Shown here in pieces: positions 1 through 11,535 of a stretch of 64,000 bases of DNA (positions are counted from its first letter, which is position 1; every line of letters begins with the position of its first letter). The notes under the pieces were generated by a model. That model worked only from the letters and a program-made list of their open reading frames with translations. It did not search any database and was not told where the DNA came from. Source of the stretch: Carcharhinus amblyrhynchos (Eukaryota); contig OZ336880.1 of NCBI GenBank assembly GCA_965287045.1, positions 60,264,001 to 60,328,000 of the forward strand, in the 5' to 3' direction. The translations under genes and the position numbers were made by a program.

Positions 1-129
1 CATCTCCACCACTCTGCCATCTGCTGCCTGCCCTTCCTCACAATTGTTGAGCTTTGAGCCAATCACTGACAGCTGATATTTCCTGATTTCTCGGGATTCT
101 AGCTGTGGCCTTCTAAAATTAAAAGCTCA

Positions 130-392
130 TTATTTATTAGTCACAAGTAAGGCTTACATTAAATGAAGTTACCCCAAAATTTCCCTAGTCGCCACATTCC
201 GGCACCTGTTCAGGTCAGTGCACCTAACCAGCATGTCTTTAAGACTGTGGGAGGAAACCCGAGCACCCAGAGGAAACCCATGCAGACACAGGGAGAACGT
301 ACAAACTTCACACAAATGGTTAACCAAGCCAGGAATTGAATTGATCCCTGGCACTGTGAGACAGCAGCGCTAACCACTGTGCCACCATGCTG
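130..392 (-). mobile_element. HE1-like tRNA-derived V-SINE with alternative (Rex1-like) 3' tail
   Basis: Reverse strand reads ggcacagtggttagcgctgctgtctcacag (A box), then the V-SINE core gtttgtacgttctccctgtgtctgcatgggtttcctc, then tail ...gtaagccttacttgtgactaataaata. Confidence 0.85.
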
Positions 393-1324
393 CTCCACAT
401 CTGGTTTCCCCATCCAGCAGTTGATCAGCCTGTCAATTTTGGAAGACAGAAAACAAGAATTCAAAAATTTGACAGAAATTTGATAATATTTAAGGGCAAG
501 AAAGATTGGTATACACTCAGGTTTGTGGAGGGTAGTAGGTGAGAGACCAGCCTAGAGAGCATTGGAGTGGTTGAGCTTGGAAAATATTGATGGCATATCG
601 CAACATAACATCAGAAACCACCTCACCTGTCCTTGAACTACAATAGGAGATAAAAGCTTGTTTCGATGTTCACTCTCTACAGTCCGGTTCCAATCCAGCA
701 ATGCAAATGAAGGTCCAAAACTTAGACAAATGTACTGTCAGTTGTACACACAATAGAATTGAGAATGCTACAATTTACCAAAAATACAGTGAGAAAACAA
801 GGAGCATAATGCACAAGCATTTTAGGCATGGGATTTAAATTGGTTGCATAAGGAAGAGATTTCCTTGCATTATTTGTAGATTTATAAAAATTATCTGATT
901 GTCTGTTTTGGATATGTTACATTTTACAAAGCAATATTAATTTCTGAATTTCAAGGTTTTATGTTGCTTGTTTTCAGTGAACACAGTTAATAGGCCAGGG
1001 TCCTGTAACCTGTTCAGTTGCTAAGGGAACCCAGAAGGAACAATTCCCAACAACAATAAAGGAATAAAGAAGATCCCTGCTTGCTCTAGCCCCTTAATCT
1101 GCTTAAATCATTCCCCCCATTATTTGCCGACACACATCTGCCTGGTGAAGTGCCAAACCCCATGATCCAGAATCTGCCAATACCCATTGTTCATCACATT
1201 GCTAAACCCCTTTCCTGCTCTGGGATCTGCTTACAACTCTCTCTCACTGCCCTTTGATCTACTGATCTACTTGTACCCCTACAGCTCTATGATCTGGTGA
1301 CACATCCCCTGTGATATATTTTAA

Positions 1325-1603
1325 TGATTACTTATTAGTGTCACAAGTAGGCTTACATTAACACTGCAATGAAGTTACTGTGAAAATCCCCTAATTGCCA
1401 CACTCCATTGTCTGTTCAGATGCACTGAGGGAGAATTTAGCATGGCCAATGTTCCGAACCAGATGTCTCTCAGAGTGTGGGAGGAAATCACAGCACCCAG
1501 AGGAAACTCACACAGACACTGGGAGAATGTGCAGACTCTGCACAGATAGTGATCCAAACTGGGAATTGAACCTGGTTCCCTAGCTAACCACCGTGCTGCC
1601 CAT
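1325..1603 (-). mobile_element. HE1-like SINE with alternative tail
   Basis: Same head, core and tail as 130-392 (ttattagtgtcacaagtaggcttacattaacactgcaatgaagttactgtgaaaatcccc). Confidence 0.85.
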
Positions 1604-1625
1604 GACCTCCTCCTACCCCTCCTGC

Positions 1626-1826
1626 CCTATTATCTATTGATTTCCTCCAACCCTTTTGGCTCTGTGATCTACTAATCTCCTCCTGCTCTGTGATCTACTG
1701 ATCTCCTCCCACTTATCTTGCTTTGTAATCTACTGATCTCCTCCTGCCTTGTGATCTACTGATTTCCTCCCATTCCTCTTGCCTTGTAATCTACTGATCT
1801 CCTTCCACCCCTTCTGCTCGGAGATT
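1626..1826 (+). repeat. Pyrimidine-rich minisatellite, core TGT(G/A)ATCTACTGATCTCCTCC, units about 25 and 35 nt
   Basis: About six consecutive copies here, with further degenerate copies at about 1220-1320 and 2030-2115. Confidence 0.85.
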
Positions 1827-2030
1827 TGATTTGATTTGATTTATTATTGTCACATGTATTAATAAGCAGTGAAATGTATTGTTTCTTGTGCGCTATGCAG
1901 ACAGAGCATACCGTTCATAGAGAAGGAAATAAGAGAGGACAGAATGTAGTGTTACAGTCACAGCTAGGATGTAAAGGAAGATCAGTCTAATGCAAGTTTG
2001 GTCCATTCAAAAGTCTAACGGCAGTAGGAC
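1827..2030 (-). mobile_element. Rex1/Babar-type LINE 3' end with (TCAAA)n tail
   Basis: atttgatttgatttgatttattattgtcacatg tail; the far end (ttcaaaagtctaacggcagtagg) is the reverse complement of a decayed ORF end (consensus FPAAIRLLN) also seen at about 24000 and 27410. Confidence 0.7.
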
Positions 2031-3122
2031 AGATCTCCTCTTGCTCTGTGATCTACTGGTCAAATCTCACTCCTCCTGCTCGGAGATCTATTGATTCCCC
2101 TCCACCCCTCCTGTGACCTGCTGCCTCCCCTTCCTCACAATTGTTGGACTTTGAGCCAACCACCCACCCTTGATATTTCCCAATTACAGGAGACTGTGGC
2201 CAAAGATTTCTAGCTAACTAAGACTTCTGCCTCTGGCTTTTCCATCCCGCTGCTACCCAGCCTATCAATGTAGCGGGACAGAAAAAGAAATTTATAAATG
2301 GTCCTGCTCTTAAACCTCATCACCCTTGGATTTCTGGGTTTTTCTGAAAGTGACAAGGCAACATTTCAGCTCAATGACATTTCATCAACATGAAACATGT
2401 TAAAAATGAGCAGCTGAATGTTTCCAGTATTTTCTGTTTTATTTCTTGACCTCCAATATTTTGCCTCTGATTAAGAAAAGAATGTGTAACTTTTGGCTGG
2501 ATATATCATTTGAGTTGCTTTGATATTTCACGAGGTAATTTCCAAATATTGTTAGAAACTGCAATTGTTTAAATTGAACTAAACACTTACAGGCAGAAAA
2601 TGTGTTTTACACTGCGGCGAATTAATAAACTCTTACCTCCTTTATTATTTAGGTTTCTCTGGTGAATTCAATTTCCTGCCATGTCCTCAAGCCAGTTGGA
2701 CAGGCAGATGGCTGATAGATTTCTGTTGTTGTTGTTGCCATCACGTTATCACTTCATATTTTGCCAGCTAGTACAGGGTACTTGCTGACTACATTGTTGT
2801 TTCTGTGGGGAAGTCAGACAGGGAACACACTTGTGGAAAATGACTGGGATATATGATCCCAAGCCAAGACACTAAACCAGCAGAAACATTTATTAAACAT
2901 TCAATGTACAGCATCCAGTGCAAATGATACAGTTATGTTAATCATAAGCTTTAGTATTTCCAAACTGCCAAACATGCCTTATGCTGCCTGGGGGTAAAAT
3001 GGATCCTGGCACATTGATATTCCTTCTACACAGTGAAGTCATTGATTTAGTGTAATGAATACAGGAATACTGGAAATACTCAGCAGGTCAGGCAGCGCCT
3101 GTGGAGAGAGAAAAGAGTAAAT

Positions 3123-3946
3123 GTGCAGAATTTTCTGTTCATAATCAGGACGCTGATGTTGTCATCAAATATGGCACTCAACCTTGTGCTGTGAGCAGAA
3201 TGGTTATGATTTCAATCAGGCAATTGAGATTGGCATGCTTGAATATGAACCCCCTGATTAAGGGCCAAACTGATGGTCCAATCAAGGAATCCATGCTCTG
3301 TTGTTAAACAGGAGTGTCAGTTCCGCGGGCACTTTGGATGCAGACTGAGAGCACTTTGTATAGTTTTGTTGGATCTTGTAAATAAAGGAATTCTGGTGAA
3401 GGGACTTCTGCCTCTGAGGACGAATTACAAGAACCCAGTAGTGATTTTTATCCGACTGGCCAATTAGCGACTAAAGACATGATGGCTATCCAATTAAGGA
3501 CAGTGGGTGGGCTTTCAGAGTTGAAGGGTCAGTTGGAGGTCAGCAGGCACTGAAGGAGCTGTAGCCTGCTTCTGCAGGGAAGAGAGAGCCTCTATCTTGA
3601 GGTGTTGTCTCATCACTTTAAACGTAGTGAAAAATAGCCACAACTGCCAGATCACCATTGTGAAGGGGTGTAGTGTAGGCTGTGGCTAGGAGGTAATGGA
3701 GGAGGCTGCAGTGGGGGGACGGAGGGGAACCTAAAAGTGATACTGCAGGTGTGTTCTGCTGCCTCCAGTCCAAAAATTCCAGTCAGTTATTGATCAATGG
3801 CTTTATTTGGCCTTTTAATTGCTTTAACAAAAACTACCTGCTGCTTGCGGGTAGGTAGCCACTCCTCGACCTCTGGGAAAATGGCGGGATTGTAAGCAGC
3901 TCAGCTGGCATTTTCCACACCTGTCCACCTCTGTTCCTATACCCAT
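3123..3946. mobile_element. Non-autonomous Harbinger-type element (left TIR present, right end eroded)
   Basis: Starts GTGCAGAATTTTCT, resembling the GGGCAGAATTTTCC TIR of the other MITEs here; flanked by AAT/ATT. Confidence 0.5.
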
Positions 3947-3988
3947 ATTGCTTCAGGTTCAGGGTTCTGAAGAAAAGCCTGAAACATT

Positions 3989-4125
3989 GGGTGGAATCTT
4001 CCTGTCCTGATGACCCTGGGAATCGTAGCGGGCGAGACAGAAAATTTGGCGGACCATTTAAAGGCCTGTTGACCTTGGGCGGGAATTTCCATTCTTGGGG
4101 AGTGCGCAGCCGGAAAATTCTGCCT
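3989..4125. mobile_element. About 137-bp MITE, PIF/Harbinger type
   Basis: TIRs GGGTGGAATCTTCC / GGAAAATTCTGCCT; 3-bp TSD ATT/GTT, consistent with CpG decay of GTT. Confidence 0.75.
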
Positions 4126-4529
4126 GTTAACTCTGTCTCTCTCTCTCTCTCTGCAGGTGTTATCAAACCTGCTGGGTGAGTATTTCCAGCATTTTCTGTT
4201 CTTATTGCACTATCCACCAGTGCTTTACTTTTGATTTCAGCATATTCTCTTGCTGACTGGCAAGATATCAGTCATAAATTAATTATTCGAAATCCTTTGA
4301 CGATATCCAAACAGAAAGGACATGAGACAAATTTATTTCTAATAAATACATTAGGTCAATCACATAGGACATTTGACCACACAAGTGCGCTTCATTATTT
4401 CCAGCAACATCTCTCAAGCTAGACTAAAACAGATTAGACTAAAATAGAACAATTTGTCACTATTTGAACACCAAGACCTCTTGATTGGGCTGGTCCTTTT
4501 GCAGACTGTTTTGTTCCATTATATTCCAT

Positions 4530-5490
4530 TCCAAGGAACTGAAGGCACTGTTGCTAAATTTGCAGATGATACAAAGATTTGCAGAGGGACAGATAGCATT
4601 GAGGAAGCAGGGGGGCTGCGGAAGGACTTGAACAGGTTAGGAGAGTGGGCAAAGAAATGGCAGATGGAATACAATGTGGAAAAGTGTGAGGCTATGCACT
4701 TTGGAATTAGGAATGGAGCATAGACTATTTTTCTAAATGGGAAAATGCTTAGGAAATCAGAAATACAAAGGGATTTGGTAGTCACTGTTCAAGATTTTCT
4801 TAAGGTTAACGTGTAGGTTCAGTCAGCAGTTAGGAAGGCCAATGCAATGTTAGCATTCATGTGGAGAGGGTTGGAAAACAAGATCCACATCATAGAATAC
4901 AAGAGCCGGGCTGTACTTCTGAGGCTGTATAAGGCTCTGGTCAGACCTCATTTGGAGTATTGTGAGCAGTTTTGGGCCCATATCTAAGGAAGGGTGTGCT
5001 GGCCTAGGAAAGAGTCTGGAGGAGGTTCACAAGAATGATCTCTGGAATGAAGAGCTTGTTGCATGAGGAATGATTGAGGACTCTGGGTCTGTACCCGTTG
5101 GAGTTCAGAAGGTTGAGGGTGGATCTTATTGAAACTTTCAGGATACTGCGAGGCCTGGATAGAGTGGATGTGGAGAGAATGTTTCTGCTAGTAGGAAAAT
5201 TAGAACCAGAGGGCACTACCTCAGGCTAAAGGGACGATCCTTTAAAAGAGAGATGAGGAGCAATTTCTTCAGCCAGAGAGTGGTGAATGTGTGGAACCCT
5301 TTGCCGCAGAAGGCTCTGAAGGTCTGTTAAGACAGAGATAGATAGGTTCTTGATTAATAAAGGGATCAGGTGTTATGAGGAAAAGGCAGGAGAATGGGAA
5401 CGAGAACAAAATCAGCCATGACTGAATGGTGGAGCAGACTCGATGGACACAGTGGCCTAATTCTGCTCCTATGTCTAATGGTCTTATATA
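4530..5490 (+). mobile_element. CR1 (HER1-like) LINE, 5'-truncated, decayed RT C-terminus and 3' UTR
   Basis: KFADDTKI...DLNRLGEWAKKWQMEYNVEKCE; 3' end ggcctaattctgctcctatgtctaatggtctta. Confidence 0.92.
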
Positions 5491-6059
5491 TCTGAGCATT
5501 CATTCGATGCTTTTTCCCAGTGGGTATCTCTCCTTGAGAAACCCAAAATCTTTTGCTAAATTCATAACTACTTCAACTGCAGAACAAAAACACTTTCCCT
5601 AAACCTAGTCCCCTGCAGCCTGCAGTATTTCTTATCAGAGAGCTTAGAACTCCCTCTCTGACATACAGACTCTGAACTTCTTTTCTGTCTTTCCCCTTGT
5701 CTCTCTCTCACTGGACCCCGGTTGCTAGGCAACAGAAATTTTTTTCGACTTGTTTTCTCAAAATCGCTAAACTACTAACCGCTTTGTAGTTCATCTTTTC
5801 ACTTCAAGGGTCATGAAACTTCATTAACAATGCACGCACACAAACAAAGCTAAAAAGCCTGTCCTTTCCACTCCAGAATCCCCGGTCGCACAAAAACAAA
5901 ACTAGATGAAACTAAAACCATGGACAACCTTTCTTAACACACAAACATAAATATAAATTAACTTAAAGCCTTTACATTGTTCCTAATACCACACAAATGT
6001 GACATAATTGATAATTCACATGCTGAAACAATGCTTCTGCTGTCCAAATCACATGGGAG

Positions 6060-6360
6060 AATCCTAATCAGCAGAGTGGAGATCAAGATTGTGGTGGGCT
6101 GCCTCAAGCTACATAACCGTACCATTGTGAGACCCCAGCCCTTGCCAGCAGCTATATATCGAGCTGTAGAAGAGCTGGAGGATGAAGAAGATAAGGTGGA
6201 GGAAGACTAGGCAATCTAAACTGTCCCTGCTAAGCCACCCAAAAAGAGCTGATTTGAGTGCAATACCAGTAGGCTCAATCCCAGTTTCCCTTTCACCATT
6301 AGTCCCATAGCATCCACTTGGTCCCAATGCAGACTAAACCAAAAATTTCACAAAAACATT
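6060..6360 (+). mobile_element. Decayed PIF/Harbinger transposase C-terminus
   Basis: RVEIKIVVGCLKLHNRTIVRPQPLP followed by an acidic tail, resembling the HARBI1-type CCxLHN motif. Confidence 0.6.
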
Positions 6361-6416
6361 CCAAACCAAATGTGTAAATGGAAACATGTTATTTTGCATA
6401 CAAAACTTATATATCA

Positions 6417-6543
6417 GGGGGGATTTTATGGCCTTGCTCATCCCAAAACTGTTAAATCCCACCTGAGTTCAATGGACCTTTCCATGGTCCGCACCTTGCC
6501 TGCTCTGATTCCCATGGTGGGCGGAATGGTGAAATTCCAACCC
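6417..6543. mobile_element. 127-bp MITE, PIF/Harbinger type
   Basis: Ends GGGGGGATTTTAT / GTGAAATTCCAACCC; perfect 3-bp TSD TCA at 6414-6416 and 6544-6546. Confidence 0.75.
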
Positions 6544-6740
6544 TCACCTTTTCCATTGCCTCAGCATTTGTGACAGGCCAGTGTGTCTCTTTGATCTAGT
6601 GTTCCTCTACAGTATAATCCCAGTGTTTGCAACATGGTAGGTGGAAGGCCAGTGAGCAAGACAGCAGAAAGCCCTGGAGGATGTCCTCTGGCAGCTTTAG
6701 CCCTTGAAAGGCTGACTATGAACCGCACCATCTCGTTATG

Positions 6741-6928
6741 ACTTGGAGATGTCGGCATTGGACTGGGGTAAATACAGTAAGAAGTCTCACAACACCAGAT
6801 TAAAGTCCAACAGGTTTATTTGGTAGCAAAAGCCATTAGCTTCTGAAGCGCTTGCTGCCCCTTTATCAGGTTTGCTTTTGCTACCAAATAAACCTGTTGG
6901 ACTTCAACCTGGTGTTGTGAGACCTCTT
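6741..6928. mobile_element. Penelope-like short insertion made of inverted pseudo-LTR arms
   Basis: Arms gtctcacaacaccagattaaagtccaacaggtttatttggtagcaaaagc / gcttttgctaccaaataaacctgttggacttcaacctggtgttgtgagac; 14-bp TSD ACCATCT(C/T)GTTATG at 6727-6740 and 6929-6942. Confidence 0.85.
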
Positions 6929-7074
6929 ACCATCTTGTTATGGGCAGTGAAAGGGGTGGGCAGACTAGCTGAACAGGCAGCAACATGGACATTGGTGAAT
7001 ACAGCAGGGCTGGAAGGGTTATCATGCTCAGGGGGGACACCTGTCCTGTAATGCCGCTGTGCTGTTTGGACTGA

Positions 7075-7292
7075 CAATCTGTTTCAGCAGGGAGTTTGTG
7101 GGATAAATGCAGACAAATAAAAACTCCTCCACTTTTCCTCAAATAATGCTGTGGGAGCTTTTGAAATGACCTGTTCGGAAAGTTTCCAGTTGTGCAACGG
7201 AACTGCACTGGACTGTCTCTTAGGTCCTGATGCTGGAGTGGGGCTTGAACCCTCAACTTTCTGCCCCTGAGACAAGAGTGCCACCGCTGAGT
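7075..7292 (-). mobile_element. Deu-domain SINE (SacSINE1-like) fragment
   Basis: Reverse strand gives the head gaaagttgagggttcaagccccactccag and the Deu core aaagctcccacagcattatttgaggaaaagtggaggagtt. Confidence 0.6.
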
Positions 7293-8119
7293 CAAAACTA
7301 AAACAGAAGGAGGCTGAAAAGCTTTCAAAAGCCAAGCTGACAGCTTACAGATCAATGACAGCAGGCAGTGTTACATTGTTAATGGAATTCATTTATTATG
7401 CATCCCTTTTTAATGCATGAAGACAGCTCTTTTACAGTTCAAGCCAGCACTGTTCCCATTCCTGGAAGGTTTTTAGCCTGTGTGGATGAAATTGGTCTTT
7501 GGCAGTCGTGTCAAATCAGTAATAGTGAATCAGCAATCTGCGTTAGACAGTTTCGATTTTCTTTATTATTTGTTTCATTTTTAAGATCAGCCTCTATAAG
7601 TTTTTCCTTATCTGGGGTTGGTTCTTTATTTAAAAAAACACATGTAACACACAATTCTGAAGACGTAATGAGAGTACAGCTAAATACACAAGGTTATATC
7701 TTCCAAAAGATGCTGCACAAATCAACCCATGGTCTAGCATGAATTGGGATTACAGTTAGAATTGCATTTGGAAAGGCCACAGCATACTTTGTGTAGGGAA
7801 CAACAATTGACAGCAATTGAGTGGGTTGTTCTGAGTTAGGGTCAGAGCAGATGTTATTTTCTTCTGTTTCCACTTTGTGCTGTTAACCTGGCAGTACCTC
7901 ACACTATCATTCATCAACTGTTATTTTGGTAAAATACTGACTTAAATCCCTTTCAAGTTATGATTTGAACAATAGAGATGGGCCAGAGAGGGAAGTGACA
8001 TTTATTTATGCTGGCCCTGAAACTCTTGGTTTACTTTTCAAAATTATAGTGGAGCCCAGTTGTATGCAATGCATCATTCTGGAACAATACACAAACTTAC
8101 TGTGGGCACAGGAATCAGG

Positions 8120-8450
8120 AGACCTTATAGTTGGAATGGGTAGCATTCTTACCTCTGAGCCAGAAACTTTGGGCTCAAGTCCTTTCCGAGGACTTGATGG
8201 CCAAGGGAGGTCTGTTCATAATGTGGCCACACACGTTGTGTCTCAACCTGCAAACTCTCCCAACACAAGCCAGTGGTAAGTCGTAAGAATGGGAGAGATT
8301 GCTGGTCAGCTATGTGACCGAAAGAATCCTCTACCATCAATATCCATAGCTCCAGATTGTAATGTGCGTGTCAAAGTGCATGTTACCATAGAAACCCAGA
8401 TTCCTTGAGTCTACTGTATCATGCCATCACTGCAAAGGAATGCAGCATGC
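8120..8450 (+). mobile_element. Old tRNA-derived SINE, family distinct from HE1 and Deu
   Basis: Head ggtagcattcttacctctgagccagaaactttgggctcaagtcc; homologous to about 8607-8850 and 32715-33360 (ggacttgatggccaag..., tatccatagctccag...). Confidence 0.6.
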
Positions 8451-9149
8451 ATCAGAGGAGATAGATGTCAGCAGCATATTTTGCAGCAAGTGCATTTAAA
8501 ATGGAAATAAAAATGATTTTTATTTGCAATTGAACATAGGAGTGCGAAAGATATTATTTCAACAATACAGTTGAAAGTGATTTGTGAATTATTGTTCTAC
8601 TTAGGTAGGTCTTATGGTGCAGTGAATAGCAGTCTTGTCTCTGAACCAGAAGCTCTGGTCAGGCTCTTGATATCATGGGAGATGAGTTCATAATGTGGTC
8701 TAGCAATTGATTCCTGTTCTGGCATGTCTGTGGCAGGTGGTAAAAGCAATGGTGAATACGCAGTAATGTTCTGCCATACTTGATGGTGGATTGGCAACTC
8801 TCGAGCTGTAACCTCAAGCGACAAGCTAGCAACCTGTACCAGGCAAAAAATTAGTCGTAGAAACAGACATGTGTGTTCTGTTTGCCTCATGTGTTTTTAA
8901 ACATAAGATTTGACTTGTATGTCCTGTGATGTAATTTAGCAGACACTGGACTCTGGGCAGGATGGAGATTTAGGAATATGCTAATTAAATGTGAGTTTGA
9001 GTGGTTTTGGTTGGTCAGCTTGGATTCCACTGCCTTGGTGAAGTACAGTGTCAAAGTTGTCATGCTATTTCTTTATGTTGGCATAACTTGGAACTAAAGT
9101 AAGGCAGAGAAAGAATAGAGGCTAGAATGGTGCCTACATTTGGTGGAAT

Positions 9150-9442
9150 GATAGCAGAGTGGTTAGCACTGCTGCCTCATAGCTCCAGGTTCAATTCCAC
9201 CCTTGGGTAACTGTTTTGTGTGGAGTTTATACAATCTCCCTGTATCTGTATGGGTTCACTCCAGGCGCTCCGTTTTCCCACAGTCCAAAGTTGAGATTCA
9301 TTGGCCATGCTAAATTGACCCTTAGTGACAGGTAAAAACGTGCGGTTATGGGGATAGGGCCTGAGTGGGATTGTTATCGGAGCAGGCTCAATGGGCCAAA
9401 TGGCCTCATTCTGCTCTGTAGGGATTCTATGATTCTATGATT
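9150..9442 (+). mobile_element. HE1 SINE with CR1-type tail
   Basis: gtggttagcactgctgcctcatagctccagg...ggccatgctaaattgacc...ctgtagggattctatgattctatga. Confidence 0.9.
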
Positions 9443-9519
9443 GTGCAGGTGGGGAAATGACTCACAGTTTATTAATATGGGTAATAATGAATTGTTGCTA
9501 CAATGATTCTTCATGTAAA

Positions 9520-10915
9520 AACATAAGAACTGGGAGTGATACAATTATGGCTGATCTTATCTTGGCCTCATTTTCACCTTTCTACCCACTCCCAAAACCC
9601 TTCAACCCTTTACTAATTAAAAACCCAACTATCTGCTCCTTAAATGTGTTTAATGTTTTGGCATCCACTGCACTCTGAGGTAGAGAATTCCACAGATTCA
9701 CGATCCTTTGAGTGAAGTAATTCCTCCTCATTTCTGTTTTAAATCTGCCACCCCTTAGCCCAAAACTATGGCCTCTTATTCCAGAATGTCCAACAAGAGG
9801 AAATATCTACTCTACATCTGTCAATCCTCATTTGCATCTTATATACAACACTTAGATCTCATCTCATTTTTCTAAACTCCAGTGACTACACAGAAACATA
9901 GAAAATAGGAGCAGGAGTAGGCCATTCAGCCCCCCTCGCCTGCTCTCCCATTCATTGTGATCATTCAGCTCAGTAACCTGATCCTGCTTACCCAAAATAT
10001 CCTTTGCTTCTTTTAATCCAAAGAGCTATATCTAACTCCTTCTTGAAAACAGTTTTGGTCTCCACTGCTTTCTGTACTAGAGATTTCCTCAGGCTCACCA
10101 TTGTCTGAGTGAAGAAATGTATCCTCATCTCAATCCTAAATGGTGTACACCATATCCTTAGACTATGAGCCCTGGTTCTGGACACTCCCACCATGGGGAA
10201 CATTCATCCTTCCTGCATCTACGCTGCCTAGCCCTGTTACAATTTTACAGGTTTCTATGAGATTACCCCTCATTTTTCTGAAAACGAGCAAATATAATCC
10301 TACCCAACTCAATCTCTCCTTATGTATCAGTCCCACCATCCCAGCACTTCTTCAAGGGCAAGGACATCCTTCCTCAGAAAAGGAAACCAAAATTGAACGC
10401 ATTATTTCAGGTGTGGTCTCACCACGACCCTGCAGCAAGACATCCCTGCTCCTGTACTCAAATCCACTCTGTATGAAGGCCAAAATACCATTTGCCTTCT
10501 ACACTGTCTGCTGCACCTACAGGCTTACTTTCAGCATCTGATACGCAAGGACATCAAGGTCTTGTTGCACATTTCCCTCTAAATTGCTCAACTTCTCTTC
10601 ATAAGACAAGATGTTCATGCTGGGATGAATCTAATGGACGTTCTCTGAGCAGCCTCTAATACAATTACATCCTTCCTCAAATAAGGGGACCAAAACCGTG
10701 TGCAGTACTCCTGATGCAGTCTTGCCAATGCCCTATACAGTTGCAACAGCACTTCCTTACTTTTATACTCTATTCCATTAGCAATGGATGCCAAAATTTC
10801 CTTCCTTATTATCTGCTATACCTGCATGCTACATTTTTGCATTTCATGCATAAGGACACCCAGATCCCTCTACACGGAAGCAGTTTGAAGTTTCTGTCCA
10901 TTTAGGCAATAAGTC
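9520..10915 (-). mobile_element. Nested CR1 LINE fragments (a second copy at about 9890-10580 inserted in an older one)
   Basis: Two 3' tails (aacataagaac at 9520; acatagaaaataggagcaggagtaggcc at 9896); the older copy resumes at about 10580. Confidence 0.85.
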
Positions 10916-11372
10916 AGGCACACATATTCTAGCAGTCAGAGTGTCATTGATCCAAACCTGGGGTAAAATCAGTTGCCTTCCCTCTTGATCTGAGCAAATG
11001 GTTAATCGATGTGTCCAGAAATATTGATTTAATGAACAAAGCAATCTGTATTGTTATAAAAAGATCCCAAGAAATATTTTATTCGAAGGACCATGGGAAC
11101 AGAAGTAGGCCACTGAGCCCCTAGCTCAAGCCTGTACCTTCGTTCTGTGAGATCAAGCATGATTTGTGAACTAATTCCATATAGAGCAGTGTTGTTAGTG
11201 ACTGAACAATTAATTTGTCATGTAATTTTTAGCTTTAATTAGGTGTACAGAGCATCTCAGAGAAGGATGAGATAAATTGTTGATCAGATTAGGTTTGTAA
11301 TTAAAGTAAAAACATTAAAGAAATGGTATGTCTGAATTCTGATCTTGAATTGCAATTACTGATTTGAGAGAG

Positions 11373-11535
11373 AGACAGCGTTGTAGTGATAATGTTGCTG
11401 GATTAGTGAATTAAAGATCCCAGACTAATGCTCTGGGGATATGGGTTTAAATCCCACCATGGCAGCTGGTAAAATTTAAAGCTCGCTGGAACTGAATGCT
11501 GGTTTTAGTAACAGGGATCATGAAACCATCATTGA
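11373..11535 (+). mobile_element. tRNA-derived SINE with L2/Crack-like tail, 5' part (3' part at about 12180-12375)
   Basis: gtagtgataatgttgctggattagt...ggtttaaatcccaccatggcagctgg...catgaaaccatc; same family as 18398-18775 and 47450-47790. Confidence 0.7.

Larger units (their letters stand above)
3058..4203. mobile_element. Penelope-like inverted pseudo-LTR pair (palindromic element) split by two nested insertions
   Basis: Left arm ggaaatactcagcaggtcaggcagcgcctgtggagagagaaaagagt; right arm aactctgtctctctc...aacctgctgggtgagtatttccagcattttctgtt; hammerhead-like GTT-CTGAAGA...GAAAC/GTT-AAC. Confidence 0.7.

Noticed and set aside
1626-1826. Repeat-spacer pattern resembling a CRISPR array
   Set aside because: The spacers are short, similar to each other and pyrimidine-rich; the context is vertebrate and there are no cas genes. 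It is a minisatellite.
5500-5990. Possible solo LTR (with 4360-4525)
   Set aside because: The composition is suggestive, but I could not identify TG...CA ends, a TSD or a second copy.
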